Of a stretch of DNA of 64,000 bases, positions 34,801-46,604 are shown piece by piece (position 1 is the stretch's first letter; every line of letters begins with the position of its first letter). Origin of the DNA: Fistulifera solaris. Taxonomy: Eukaryota. The stretch lies in the NCBI GenBank assembly GCA_030295235.1, contig AP026144.1:310001-374000 (forward strand), read 5' to 3'. The notes under the pieces were generated by a model. It worked only from the letters and a program-made list of their open reading frames with translations, did not search any database and was not told the DNA's origin. The position numbers and the translations under genes are program-made.

Positions 34801-37578
34801 CGCGTGTTAGCTCGCACTTGGGCCGCTGCACCATCATGTACTAGCCATTCAGGTGCGCCAAACTCATGACAGAAGGAATGCAATGAGTTACCAATTGAAT
34901 CACCCGTCTTATCCTTCATCGGGTATACTGCGGACAAGCCACCTTTCTTCCAATATACCTGGGGCGTACTTCATTCCTGTCAAGGACTTAACATCGGCAT
35001 GCAATGTGTCAGTGGACACTTTACCTTTTATGTGAGGTACGATATAGCGTCGGTCGGCACGATAGCGCCCGAGCGAGTGGTAAGATTGCCGATCGAGTGC
35101 CGCGTTGCTTCGTGGCCCGTAAAGTTGCTTCCGCTTGCTTCTCTCCTATGTTCCATTGCTCACTTAAATGTATTGGTGTCACCTTTGGATGTCGTTCAGA
35201 TGATTCGAATGTGCGTCGTGCGGGAAGGTCTTGAATCCAAGTCTCGGTTCCGGCGCTGAAGTCCCCTCAAATTCGGTCCCCTCAGGCCGAGCCAGCGAGT
35301 CAAACGTCAGTGGATGAAACACGGATCTCTTCATCTGCTGTGACACTGACAGAAGCGATAGCATGTTCTTTAAGAGCGACGAGGGCTGGAGAAACGTCAA
35401 ACAAGCCGGGCTCCTGTACAATATCAAAGTGCAAAGATGAGGTACGAGACAAAAGGAACATCTGGTTGCAGCGTAACGTCGCGTGGGTTCCATTCGTTTT
35501 CGTTTGTGAGATGCAAGTGGCGGCAGGTATCCAGTTCGTTTTGTGTTGGCGTGCGAGAGAAGAACTGGATCTTTGTGCCGCTAGATTCAAGTGGAACCAC
35601 CAAGTCATCTATTTGCAAAGTCAAACGGTCTTCTGATGGATCAAATGGGTTGTCGTTCACCATAACACCGTTATAACGTAGCTGATTCGGATTCCAAAGT
35701 GTATGGGGAAGCTTAGAGCCGTAATACAAGCACTCGTTCAGAACCAGGATGACTGTTTCACCAGTAACCGGATTTGTCCACGCCGTCGCGGCCGAAACAA
35801 TTGGCACGCCTCGCACCGGTTCGTATGATGCGTCATACGGATAAACATTGGCAGTGCGGTTAGTATAAGAAAGAACAACAAAGTTCTTACCGGCGCAACA
35901 CGTGTCGGCATTGGAATCACATTCATTGGCTGCCGATACACCGGGTTGCGGTATAGCACTACGCGTCGCCTGCACTGATCTGTCGTTGGCAGTGGAACGA
36001 GTCGATTGGAAATAAGAGATAGAACGATTGCCACGTATCATCGCCCTGTTCATTTCGTCCACCATGAACTGTACCAACGGGATCGGTGTTAGTTTGCGCA
36101 ACTGTAATCGTGAAACCTGCATTTGGAGATTGAGAAGCAGCGCCAGTCAATGCCGAGATCAACGTCAGCGGCGTCCATTTGCTGGTTGTTTGTGTTAGTC
36201 GCATGGATAGAACGGTTGTTCTGTCGCTGCGCTTTATATGCTGCTCGGGCGTCAGCGGATCTTCTGCCAATCGTGGGGCTGCATCTGCCGGATCTCATCG
36301 TCTGAAAAGTCATAAGATGGATGGACGTTCAACTTGTTACCATTTTTCAAAGTAATCGTATACTCGTCGTTGCGGTTGCGTGTCCCACGTCCTTTCCTAT
36401 TTTTGAATCTCGCATTTTTACCTTTAGCTTTGTGAGCGTTCTTTTCGTTGTTCTTCTGCGTTGTTGCTGACCTGATGTTGCGATTGGAAACACCTCCGGG
36501 TTTCACATGCTGTTGAACAATTTGACGGGTTAGGGCAAGAGCCTGTTCAAAGCTCATGTCAGGAACTGGCTTCGAAAGGTTAGCCATGATCATGGCATTC
36601 GTCAGCGACAAGAGGCTGGTAAGAGCCCGTCTTCTTCACCAACAGCTTCGTCATGTCTGTGTCGGAGTAACGGACGATACCATCTCCTGCGTTGGAGTTG
36701 AGAACATGAAAAGCAGTCACTAACTCTTGCTCAAATTTCGTCCAAGTGTAGCCCGCTTTTTCTCCTGCGAAGAAAGAACCATCGATGGCGCGCTCCGCGT
36801 CAAGCAACTCAACGCGGTATACGCCCGTGCCTTCATACGTCGCCTTTAATGCTGCCCAATCCGTGCGGCCGCAAGCTTTTGCCGCATGGGTGCTTACCGT
36901 TGCTTCCGCCTTTGTATTACCTGCAATAAAGCTGGCAATATAGGTGTGAACCTGTAACGTATCCGCTTTAAACTGCGGACCATCAAGAGGAGCAGCCATG
37001 ACGTAACGGTCGAGCGCGCGCTCAGGACCGAGAGTCACATCATAAGTGGGCTGCTCCATGTCACGAATGACATAGGACAAAGGAATGCCCATCGCGTTAG
37101 GAACCTGGCGCAGGAAGTTAACCACCAACGGCCGCCCAGCCCCGTGTCGCTCGACTTGAGCGGGTTCGGCTTGGCAGCCGTCGCGAGTGATCTTCGCATT
37201 TGCGATGAAAGCTGCACGTACTCCAACCAACTCGATAAGTTCCGGCGCCGCCTGCACAGGGAACACCGTCGTTGCCGGATCGAAGCCGCAGATTTCGCAC
37301 TCCTTCGCCCATGCAATGAACGCCTTCATGCAGTTGCGTGCGCGAGGAGGGACGCGAAATGGCTGCTCAGGAATCTGAGCGAGTTCGGCGAGCTCCTTCT
37401 CCAACTGCTCGAACTTAATGTTGCAAGCCTGGCGAAAGGAGTCACCAAAAATCTCCAACGCGATGAAGCGAGCAGGAGTAACCATGTTCGCATCAACAGG
37501 AGGGGCGTTTGGGATGCCACAGAGGGCCATGATCTGGGTCACGGTCTGGGGAATGGCGTCGGGAGGCAACTGTTCCAT
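31896..37578 (-). CDS. Retrotransposon gag-pol polyprotein, fragmented by many frameshifts in this assembly
   Basis: gag from MEQLPPD (37578). Protease ECDSNADTCC near 35920. Integrase LVHDGA...PNQNPVEQGIGQLK at ~34700-34900. RT RALYGLRGAG and LCYVDD at ~32930-33110. RNase H YVDASHA, SEFIAMK, CDNNSV, NLADTFT at 31896-32330. Confidence 0.92.
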
Positions 37579-37969
37579 GGTATCCTGAAATAATAAATAG
37601 ATAAATGAGTTCGTTAGTCGTTTTCGTAATCGTGTTTCGTCACGATCCATTTTGTGTGAGCATCGCATCCGGCGTAATGCATACAACACAAGAGAGAGAT
37701 AAATACTTCTCCTTTACTTCGTTTCAAGCGGCTTTTTATGGCCAGCTTCGGACAGCGCATTCTGACCGGCGTCATTGCCGGTTCGTCCCGACCGTCTTGA
37801 CCATTCCGTTGGTCTGTGACTCGCAAAGCATGCACAACGGCATGTGCTCAAGTATCGAAATACCGGTCACTTTGCACCTCTATCGGTAGATGCAACGATC
37901 GGCACATGCCAGATCGCCGTCGTCGTTTTCGTTTTTCTTTTTCGTTTCGTTGTGCTGCCGCTCCGCGGT

Positions 37970-37986
37970 GGCTGGGTCTGATAAAC
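37970..37986 (-). other. Candidate primer-binding site
   Basis: (G)GTTTATCAGACCCAGC directly follows the 5' LTR and loosely resembles internal tRNA-iMet-type copia PBSs (GGTTATGGGCCCAG). Confidence 0.4.
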
Positions 37987-38224
37987 CAAGTTTCCCTTGT
38001 CGTTAGGGCTTTACTTACGAGGATAAAGATATCTGAGAAAGATAAGAATGCAATAGATGCTAAAGCTCGTAAGGTCGTAAAAAACGTCTTAGAGTAATTG
38101 TGCGTTAAAGGCTAGCAGCAAGGTGTTGAAGAGGAAACCCGAAGGGACGAAAACCTCTCGGACGTGGTGAGGGAATATGCCGTACCACGACAGACATACC
38201 CGAATAGACCGCATATTTTACTTG
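37987..38224 (-). repeat. 5' LTR (238 bp)
   Basis: Direct repeat of 31550-31788 with termini CAAGT...ACTTG. Confidence 0.95.
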
Positions 38225-38923
38225 ATAGATCATGAATCATGAATCATGAGTCCTGACGACGACACGGGGACCAGTTGACCTGTTGACGTTCTTTGCCGTG
38301 TCTTTGTGTCAACCAATCCGTGGTTTGCAAGCTCTGATAATAAACACGACACGAGGACACTAAATATATATTATTCCTAATTTCCTAACGTCAGATTGTA
38401 ATCTTGACATTCGACTGAATTTTCCATTTTTCATCTAATGCATTTGCAAATTTCTAGCCAAAACAACCATTTAAGATCGTTGAAGGGCAAGTTAGCTTAT
38501 AAAATCTCAAAGAACCATTACTTCTGTGGTCTTGCTTCTCAAGAAGCTTACCAAAACGAATCGCGTTGCGCGGGTCCCGAATGAAATTTTCCAGTCCCGA
38601 GGCATTGTTTCTTTCGCCTCACTTTTCACGACACTCTCGTCCACTGATTTCCTTCGAAGATTTCAATGCCAGTTCATGACGAATGACTGCGCGAGACAAC
38701 CCCATGTATTCGTATTTCTGTAGGCTTGGACTCCGAAGACTTTTCATACTTAAGGACTCTGCTTTGAACCGGACTGAAACGTTTGAAAGCCGCACCGCGC
38801 TGGTCCGACGACGAGACAAGACAAACACAACACACAACAAACCAAAATAGCAGAGGACAATTAACATCATTTGTGGTCTTGTTCTTACTTTTTAATAACC
38901 CCAAAAGCAACAAGTAATCAAGT

Positions 38924-39638
38924 ATGGTATGTACTTAACTGTTTGAGATTTTTAGCGATTCAATTTGTTGAATGTAGGGACTACGTTGATTTGTCTTAGA
39001 AACGAGTGAAGCGCGGCTTGTGGACGACGGGTCATTGCTGCTATATTGTCATGCTGCTGGGTTCTCCTCGCGCCTGAGACATGTAGAATTGCAATAAAAG
39101 CTTTTTTTTGTGGTAACACGTCATAGTGAGACCTGGGCCTTGCCGTTCTCGTTCAGCGACGTTTTTTTCGTTCAAAGCCCGACTTACACGCTCTCATTGA
39201 TGTTTGCATGTACAGTCAACTGGTGTAGTAGTCGCCGACGAAGTCACTTCCACGTTCAATGCGTTCAAACTTGGACAAGGAGAGAAGTTGAAGTACATTA
39301 TCTACAAGATCGAGGATAAGAAGACGATCGTGACCGAGAAGACGGGTGAGAAGGGAAAAACTTATGACGACTTCTGTGCAGATCTTCCCGATGATGACTG
39401 CCGTTACGGTTTGATCGATCTTGACTTTACCACGGATGATGGACGACCGACCAGCAAATTGGTTCTCATCACGTGGAACCCTGACTCCGGTAGCATTCGC
39501 AACAAAATGCTCTACTCTGGCTCGAAAGAAGCCCTCAAGACGGCATTGAACGGAGTTGGCATCCATATCAATGCCACTGATCATTCCGAATTAGATTTGG
39601 AGGCGTCTATTCTGCCTATTTGTCGAAAATTCGCGTAA
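38924..39638 (+). CDS. Actin-depolymerising factor/cofilin (exon 1 coding part = ATG 38924-38926; intron 38927-39215)
   Basis: M|STGVVVADE...KYIIYKI...LPDDDCRYG..D...KLVLITWNPD..IRNKMLYSGSK. Confidence 0.93.
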
Positions 39639-40184
39639 ATGTACCAGTTTCAATGTTTGTTGTCATTAAAGGACTTTAGCAATGCATCGCATTGCTGGCC
39701 ATAAAGACTATTATTTGAGCAATGTTTACGAAGCGAAGATAACTGGGTTTAAAATGTGTTGCGTGTTTTTTATTGATATATTCCGTAGTTCGCTTCTTTT
39801 TGTACGTGTTGCTTTGGCATCAATGCAAGAGCTTTCGTTGTTGGTCTCATCGTTCGATTGCCTTGCGATTAATGATGTCCTTTCTACGAAAATTAATGAT
39901 AAACAATTACTTCCCTGCTGACGAGTCACATCCTTTCTAGGGTTGGTAGTCGGCAATTCTTCGAGTAATGGGAGCTTTCCAAAGTTTGAGATGGTGTCTG
40001 AAGTCGCTAGAAAAAACGGCAACGCCGTACTTTTTTCTAGGAAGTCGGCTCGCTTCGCCACACACAAATGAATATCTACTACCAAAAAATCACAACAGCA
40101 ATGCGCTTTCTATTCAAGAATCGTTGAGAACGTTTTGATTCCACTGAATATATAAACATGTAAGCTTATCGCTAGTGATCATGA

Positions 40185-41028
40185 TCAATTGTCCTTCTTA
40201 TCCGTCTTGTTCACCCCCTCCTCCGAGATGTCGTCGTCAATTCCAACAGTGCGATTGATTCCCAAGATACGCACGCCGTTCATGTATGGTGCCTTGGCTA
40301 GTAACGCAATGGCCAGCATGATGAAATTCGCTAAAACCGCCAAAGGCTCATAGTGCGAAAAATGACAGGCTGCGTAACACAACACAGTCGGAACAATGAG
40401 CAAAACTTGGCGAATGGCGTACGCATCCGATCCGCGCGCTTCCAATTGCTCCCATATAGTAAGCGCGTTCATTTCTCCCTGTGGGTCGAAGACGCTGCCT
40501 TTCAACCAGTGGACGTGTACAACTGTCACCGTCAAATGAATTGCATGTGTCAATGTAAGGGATGCCCGGCCCAACTGCGACTCTTCCACCGAATCACCCA
40601 TCGTTACATGAAGCAGCAGAACAACCACCAACAGAACAAAAAGAATCAGCGTTATGTACATGAAAAGGAACATCAAGACCGAAGGAGGTGAGGCGATGCG
40701 CTGCACTTCTAAGGGCAGTAAATCATCTGCTTGTCCGTATAAACCGGAATATGTGCGCGAGATATCTCTCGAGTTGATCCGATTTCGGGGCTGCAAGCTT
40801 TCACCGAAGGTTCAAGGCTATCGTCAACGGATCCCAGTGTGGAAATGCCATCCATGGATGCGGCATCGCTGTGATTTGGCTGCATTTGAAGATTTCCTTT
40901 AGTCAGCAAGTCTCGAATTCGATTGGGTGAGGATGATCGTCTTCCGAAGCGCAAAAACCTTTGCGGATTTTCTGTCCACTATTACTATCAGTATCTCGTG
41001 AAAAGATCTTTAATCCAGTTATTCCCAT
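40185..41028 (-). CDS. ORMDL: ORMDL/Orm1-family sphingolipid regulator with extended N-terminus (5' frameshifts; start uncertain)
   Basis: TLTHAIH...HWLKGS...QG....LTIWEQL, LLIVPTVL, HY and AKAPYMNGVRILGIN. Confidence 0.85.
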
Positions 41029-42142
41029 AATCTAGGTGAAGTGATGTAGAGTAGCTGACACTCGAAACGCAAATCAATCGAGAGAAATTATCAGCCAGAG
41101 TGCGTGCACGGTAGGCCTTCTTTATTCTTTTTGATAAGCGTTGGCCTCTCTTGAATGTCAATGAAAACAATAGAGGAAAAGCCAAGATGTTTTGTAAAAT
41201 AAGTGGTGTGTAATGTTTGTCAAGTGTCAATCGAAATGATTCTTTGTCATAAATTCGTGTCGATGCCGTCGTCGCCTTTCACGAACGACTTAACGAAGCA
41301 CAATGCACGAAGCAAAGCGTAAAGCGTCTTTTGAAAGACAATCAAGTACTACAAGACGAAGGTCAAATTTAACGTCAGTTAACGTTGACCTTAGCAATAT
41401 ATCTAAGTGAAAAACCTGAGGTAACTATAGATGAACAACGGCAATGCTGGATAACTAGCACAACGGACATAGAAGCTTCCGTAGTCTTTTTTCACGGGTT
41501 GTCAAGTGTCACACACTGTGTGCTTTTGTAACACGTTTTTTACGTCACTGGTCACGGGTCAATCGTCAATCTCTTTAAGTCCTCGTTAGAAATAGTACTA
41601 TCTACTATCTACAAATTGGTTGTCTGTAGAAAGAGAAAGAGAGACCCGTATGCGGGACGATGGACGATGTTCGATGTTCCATGTTCTTTGAGTAACCATA
41701 CGCCCTATAAAAAAAACACACCGATGTATCTTAAATTGCCGGCAATACCGGTTCAAGCATCTCAATTGCTAAGTTTAGGAAGTACGGAGTATTGTTCTCC
41801 ACAAAATATGTCATACTTTTAGTGAGTTTCTTCTTGTTGATGTTTCGGCTTTGGCTTCCTCTGGAATTTGAAAACCAGTGAGCAATAAAGGAAGTAGGAT
41901 TGATTACTATACAGCTATACAGCAGTGTATTAGGCCCAATCGACTATCTTAAATTCTTAAATAATTATTCCAAAGCCCACCGTTCACAGTTCACACCTCC
42001 GCCCGCAGCGAAAAACAACTTGCAACAACAAAAGCACACTGTGGGAGGGAATACGAATACGCATCAATTCTGCAATCAACCATCTCATCGCACGTAAGAA
42101 TAAATTGAATAGAAGCATTCATTGACTATCAGCGCTGCAACA

Positions 42143-42892
42143 ATGTTCGTAGACTGCAATTCATCGAAAGCAGAATCCACTCAATCCGCTGGTTACTCGA
42201 AGAAGTTAACGGCGCGATCGGATGTACCTTCCTCATCATCGAATCGCAGAAAAGCGGTTGCGTTTGTCGATGGCTTCCACACAGTAGTCACTCTACTAGT
42301 TCCGTTCTACGAACTGACCAAGGAAGAGCGCCGCACAATATGGTGGACGAAGAAAGACTTCAAGATCTTCCGACAACACGCGCAATTGCTGGCTTCGCAC
42401 GATCGACAACTGCGATGTCAATTTCAAGATCCTTGCACGCCACCTCCTTGTGAGTATCAGAGAATGAAGCACTTTGTTGCAACGAATTGTGCGACAGAAG
42501 AGGCAACAGAGAGCTTATTATCCAATTTCCGAGTAGAATTGATAGCTCAAGAACTAAGGTGTTCGGCAGTCCCCGAGTTAAGAGGTCTGGAACAGTGGAC
42601 GAGTCGTTCGTACTCGGATACCAAGAAAGCTCTCACAGAAGAACACCGCAAGACTGTGTTGAGATCAAATCGTAACGCCGTGGCCGATAAGTCGGTCGAG
42701 AAGAGTCGGGTTTGTCGGTTGTTGGCGAGATTCTGGGGTGAGGTCGATGCGCAAGTGATGCAAGAGGACACATCTGAAGGGCACGAATCATCATCGTTGC
42801 CTATGAGACCGAAGAGCCCCTCTACCATAAATGCAAGTCCACCGAAAGCCAGGCCCATCAAGTTACCGCTACAACATCGTGGAATCGCGTAG
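42143..42892 (+). CDS. Hypothetical diatom-type protein, V.F...WW...RGLE family
   Basis: KAVAF, LTKEERRTIWWTKKDF, LRGLEQW and ARFWGEVDA. Confidence 0.7.
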   Translation: MFVDCNSSKAESTQSAGYSKKLTARSDVPSSSSNRRKAVAFVDGFHTVVTLLVPFYELTKEERRTIWWTKKDFKIFRQHAQLLASHDRQLRCQFQDPCTPPPCEYQRMKHFVATNCATEEATESLLSNFRVELIAQELRCSAVPELRGLEQWTSRSYSDTKKALTEEHRKTVLRSNRNAVADKSVEKSRVCRLLARFWGEVDAQVMQEDTSEGHESSSLPMRPKSPSTINASPPKARPIKLPLQHRGIA

Positions 42893-42999
42893 ACGCGTAA
42901 CGAGATATTTTCTTTCTCGCAGGATGTAAATTTAGTTTTATAAGGAGTAGTGAATTACAAAACACAGCTACTACTTATAAAAAAAACTAAACATCGTCT

Positions 43000-44162
43000 T
43001 TAGCGAGATCTTTGAGAGGACGATCCTTTGTACTTTTGATGAATTTGGTAAAACAAGACGCCAAACACCACGGCGGCCCCGATTCCGGCCTTGAGGGCAA
43101 TCACGTGACCAAAGAGTAAGGCCGACAAGGAAATCGAAAACATTTGCCGCGTCGTCATAATTACGGTGAAAGCTATCGGCCCAAACTCTTTAATGGTGTA
43201 AAAGATAAATAACTGTCCCGTAGCGGAAGTGATGGCGGTAATAATGTTGTATCGCAGAGCCACCGGGTTGGCTTGCAAGAATTCAAAGACGATCGGTAAG
43301 TCTCCCGACACGAGCAATCCGGCTGTGGTAATACAAATCGCCGAAGTATTCACTCCCAACATCATTTGATACGGATCGACATTCGCTTTTCCGTAATCCT
43401 TGTAAATGCGGGACTGCCATTGGGATGTAAACGAATCAAACGAAATGTAGCACAGTAGGAACAGCAATCCTAGAAACTCCGTGTTGGTGTCGGTTTTGGC
43501 GTCCTTACTATAGAGAGAAAAGATGGCAACACCCGAGGTAATCAAGAAGGCTTCCACGTACTGCGACCAGGGATATAAAGATCCCTGTAAAACTTTTCCC
43601 ATGATCATGACAGGAATAATCTTGGATGATTTGAAGACTGTTTGCACGGGAAAGGAAACATACTTGAGTGACGCATACTGCGACCAGGAACTCAACGTAT
43701 TCGAAAGCGCGCACGGAGTGAACGCTAGTAACGGTGCTGCATTGTTCGCAAAGAAGGCACCGTGCTTCACTTGACTGCCACTAAAGCCACCAAGACGGCC
43801 AAGAACCGGTTCGAAAAGACACAAAAGGCGGCCGAAGGGAATTTGCCCGAAGGAACCCGTGCGGTTGGTTGAAACTTGGTGGTCATAATCAGTTCCTGCA
43901 TGTAACCCCAGATCAAATAGGAAGCCTGTAATCCGCCGAAACAAAAGGCAAATTTGACCGCCGAAGCCCAAAACGCCGCGTGTGCTTCCTTGGTCGGACG
44001 GCGATCTGAATCTACATCGACGCCGGTTTTTCGAAGACTACAAGCACGAATTGCACGTTGTGAACAACAGCTTTTGTCAAGAAAAAGAACACGCAACGGA
44101 AACACGTACCTTTCCGTCTCTTCGACTCGTACCGGTGATTTACCGGGTCGTTTGATTGGCAT
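43000..44162 (-). CDS. PAPS transporter / UAA-family nucleotide-sugar transporter (SLC35B2-like); intron near 44109-44040, frameshift near 43775, start uncertain
   Basis: GLQASYLIWGYMQE, FCVFSNRF, SNTLSSWSQYASLKYVSFPVQTVFKSSKIIPVM, FDSFTSQWQ, GQLFIFYTIKEFGP and IMTTRQ. Confidence 0.9.
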
Positions 44163-44936
44163 CGTATTCAAAATAAATCGACGAGTCGTCGAGGTTCAAG
44201 TTTCGTTGGTTTTTTATGAACACAGATAACACAGGTGTCTGTGCTGTTTACTTTCACTTTAGAATCTGGATTTGCTACAATTAATTGGTTACACTGGAGA
44301 TAAACAGTCTCTCTTGATCTTCGGAACTAAAAGAATGAAAATGACCAATGAGATGTAGTGCGCGTTGCCCAGTTGCACGTTGCGCCTTGGTTACTCTGTA
44401 CAATCAAAAAACGGCTGCCTACAACAGGATCGTATTGGTTCTCGAGCTTCATGACTGGATTTGGTCATCAGTCGTGTGTGTTTGCTATTCCTCCGGGGAA
44501 TTTTATGGAGGGCGTATTATCTTTCTTGCATCAGCGATAATCACATTCTTGATTCGATAAACGTGCTATTGCTTGCGAAAACCTATAAAGCGCATATTAA
44601 TCATCAAGCCATGCCAGAAAATCGAGAGTGAATATGATCCAAATTCAATAAAGGTCGAATAGACAACACATTATCCGGTTTTATTCGTTTCTTTTGCCAG
44701 TATAACTTAGTCTCTGTATCAATTAAAAGATATGCCTTGGGCTGCTTTTACATTTATAATCGACTACGGTGGTGGAAGTTTGCTATAGGAGTTCAATCAT
44801 GATTCATTATTGAACGGTGTCGTGGGAACTGACTAGCCTAAACACAATACCGGACCAGGTGAGGCACTTTGAAGCAATACTTCATATTTTATTCATCTTG
44901 TCTCTATACAAAGTAGCATTTGTAGCTCCCGCTGTG

Positions 44937-45666
44937 TTACATTAACTCCATCTCTGGCACCGGGCGATAGAGTGAAGCACTTGGTCCGTCAACACTGTCG
45001 TATCCTCTATTTCTTGATAGTTGCCTTGACTCTGGAAACTTCCAAACCATGACGGCAGTCGAGAACCACAAGATAGTGGCAATCCCATTGGAATCTACCA
45101 AAAATCCCCGCATATGACAAAACTTATCCACTTCGTCGTCCATTTCCTTGCTATGATCAGATGCGTTGTGAAATTCGTCCAAATGGCGACAAATCCTAGC
45201 CGTGTATACCAAGTAGGCCTCTCGTGCACAGAAATAGGCCAACACGAAGCAAAGGGTCGCCGAAACGGTCAATATACGCTCGGGGACGGGTCGAAACGTT
45301 GTCGCCATGAGAATTCCCCACGCCGTTAACGCAAATGGGCCACTGCCAAAGTCAAAAGCAACAATATTGGCGATCACTGCTAGCTTCATCAATATTATGG
45401 TCCAAATGACCGGTGGATCTCGTCCGTGGGGAAAGGAGCTGAAAATATAAAAAAGGAAAGTGATGGGAATGGTTGAGTGACGGATGGCTCAAAAGTGAAT
45501 GGATAAAGGGGAGCAGAAACAAACATCCACTACATACAAGAATTCAACTATCATGTCGATGTGCTATTTTACTATATCGAGAAGGGCCAGGAACATAAAA
45601 TAATAATAATGAGCTTTTCTGAGATACTGGTAACTGGTATGTTTGACGGTCATGCGTCGCGTTCAT
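44937..45666 (-). CDS. Hypothetical multi-pass membrane protein (probable intron near 45535-45438)
   Basis: Several hydrophobic segments in the 151-aa ORF, with an upstream hydrophobic exon. Boundaries are uncertain. Confidence 0.45.
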
Positions 45667-46486
45667 TGTTCTTTTTGGCCTGTTGTTGTGCGCGAAAAAT
45701 TTTTGCGGCGCGGTGACCGCGAGGCGCGAGCGGTTTTATCCAGTCACGAGTCATGAGATTCATTCGTGCGTTTCCTAGCTCGTCCTGCTATTTCTTGCTG
45801 ACCTTTCAATCATTCTGAAAAATCAATCAATTGCAATTGTGTTCTATGGAGCAAAAGTGACTTTATCTTCGATACAATACAGCATGCACGCCTCAAATCT
45901 TGGTGTCGAAAACCTTGCATTTGAAATGTATGACCGTTTCCACTCTCACCCAAAGTGTAAGCGACCTTTTTCCACGACTGCGTTGCAATCACGAGTCAGT
46001 ACTGTTACGAGACAGCTTGCGACACGAAAGCCATTCGTTGTGCTGGCGTTTTGTTAGCTACATTTGTCATTACTACAACGATATTACCTTTAGCTTTATT
46101 TGCAAAACACTCCAGGATTCTCAGTGTCGAACGTTGATGCGGATTGTCATCGGTCACATTGACCAGGCGAGGCCGAAGTGTTGGTTTTACGGTACCGGTA
46201 CCGGTAACACTACGGCAATTGCATTCATATTCATGGTGCAAATGGAAATCACATCAAGATATTTCCGTGCTCCGAGCTAGACTAGTAAAGATGCGGGAAA
46301 TAGTTTACTTAACGTAGGATACTGCTAAAAAGGGCGAATCTGTGCCGTCTCTACCTGCTACCATTGGTTTTTCTTGGTGGGTAAACCACATAACTCCCGC
46401 TGCAATTCAATCATAGGCCATTCTTAATTTTCGACAAAAACAACGAATAGGTTGACACAGTTGACAGTCGATACTTGAATGTCGGT

Positions 46487-46556
46487 TTATACCTCTTGCT
46501 TTCTGTGTAGATACTCATCTACTTCGTCTCCATCGTCGCCGTCTCCATCGTCGCCG

Positions 46557-46604
<48 letters not shown>

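Larger units (their letters stand above)
31550..38224 (-). mobile_element. Full-length Ty1/copia LTR retrotransposon (diatom CoDi-type)
   Basis: Two direct LTRs, TSD ATAG, and domain order gag-PR-IN-RT-RH on the minus strand. Confidence 0.95.

Noticed and set aside
36100..36620. Programmed gag-pol ribosomal frameshift
   Set aside because: It cannot be distinguished from the many probable sequencing indels in the element.
39060..39150. TPP riboswitch in the cofilin intron (GCCTGAGA)
   Set aside because: The downstream CCUGAU and UAAUGC...GCG elements are missing, and the gene context is unrelated.
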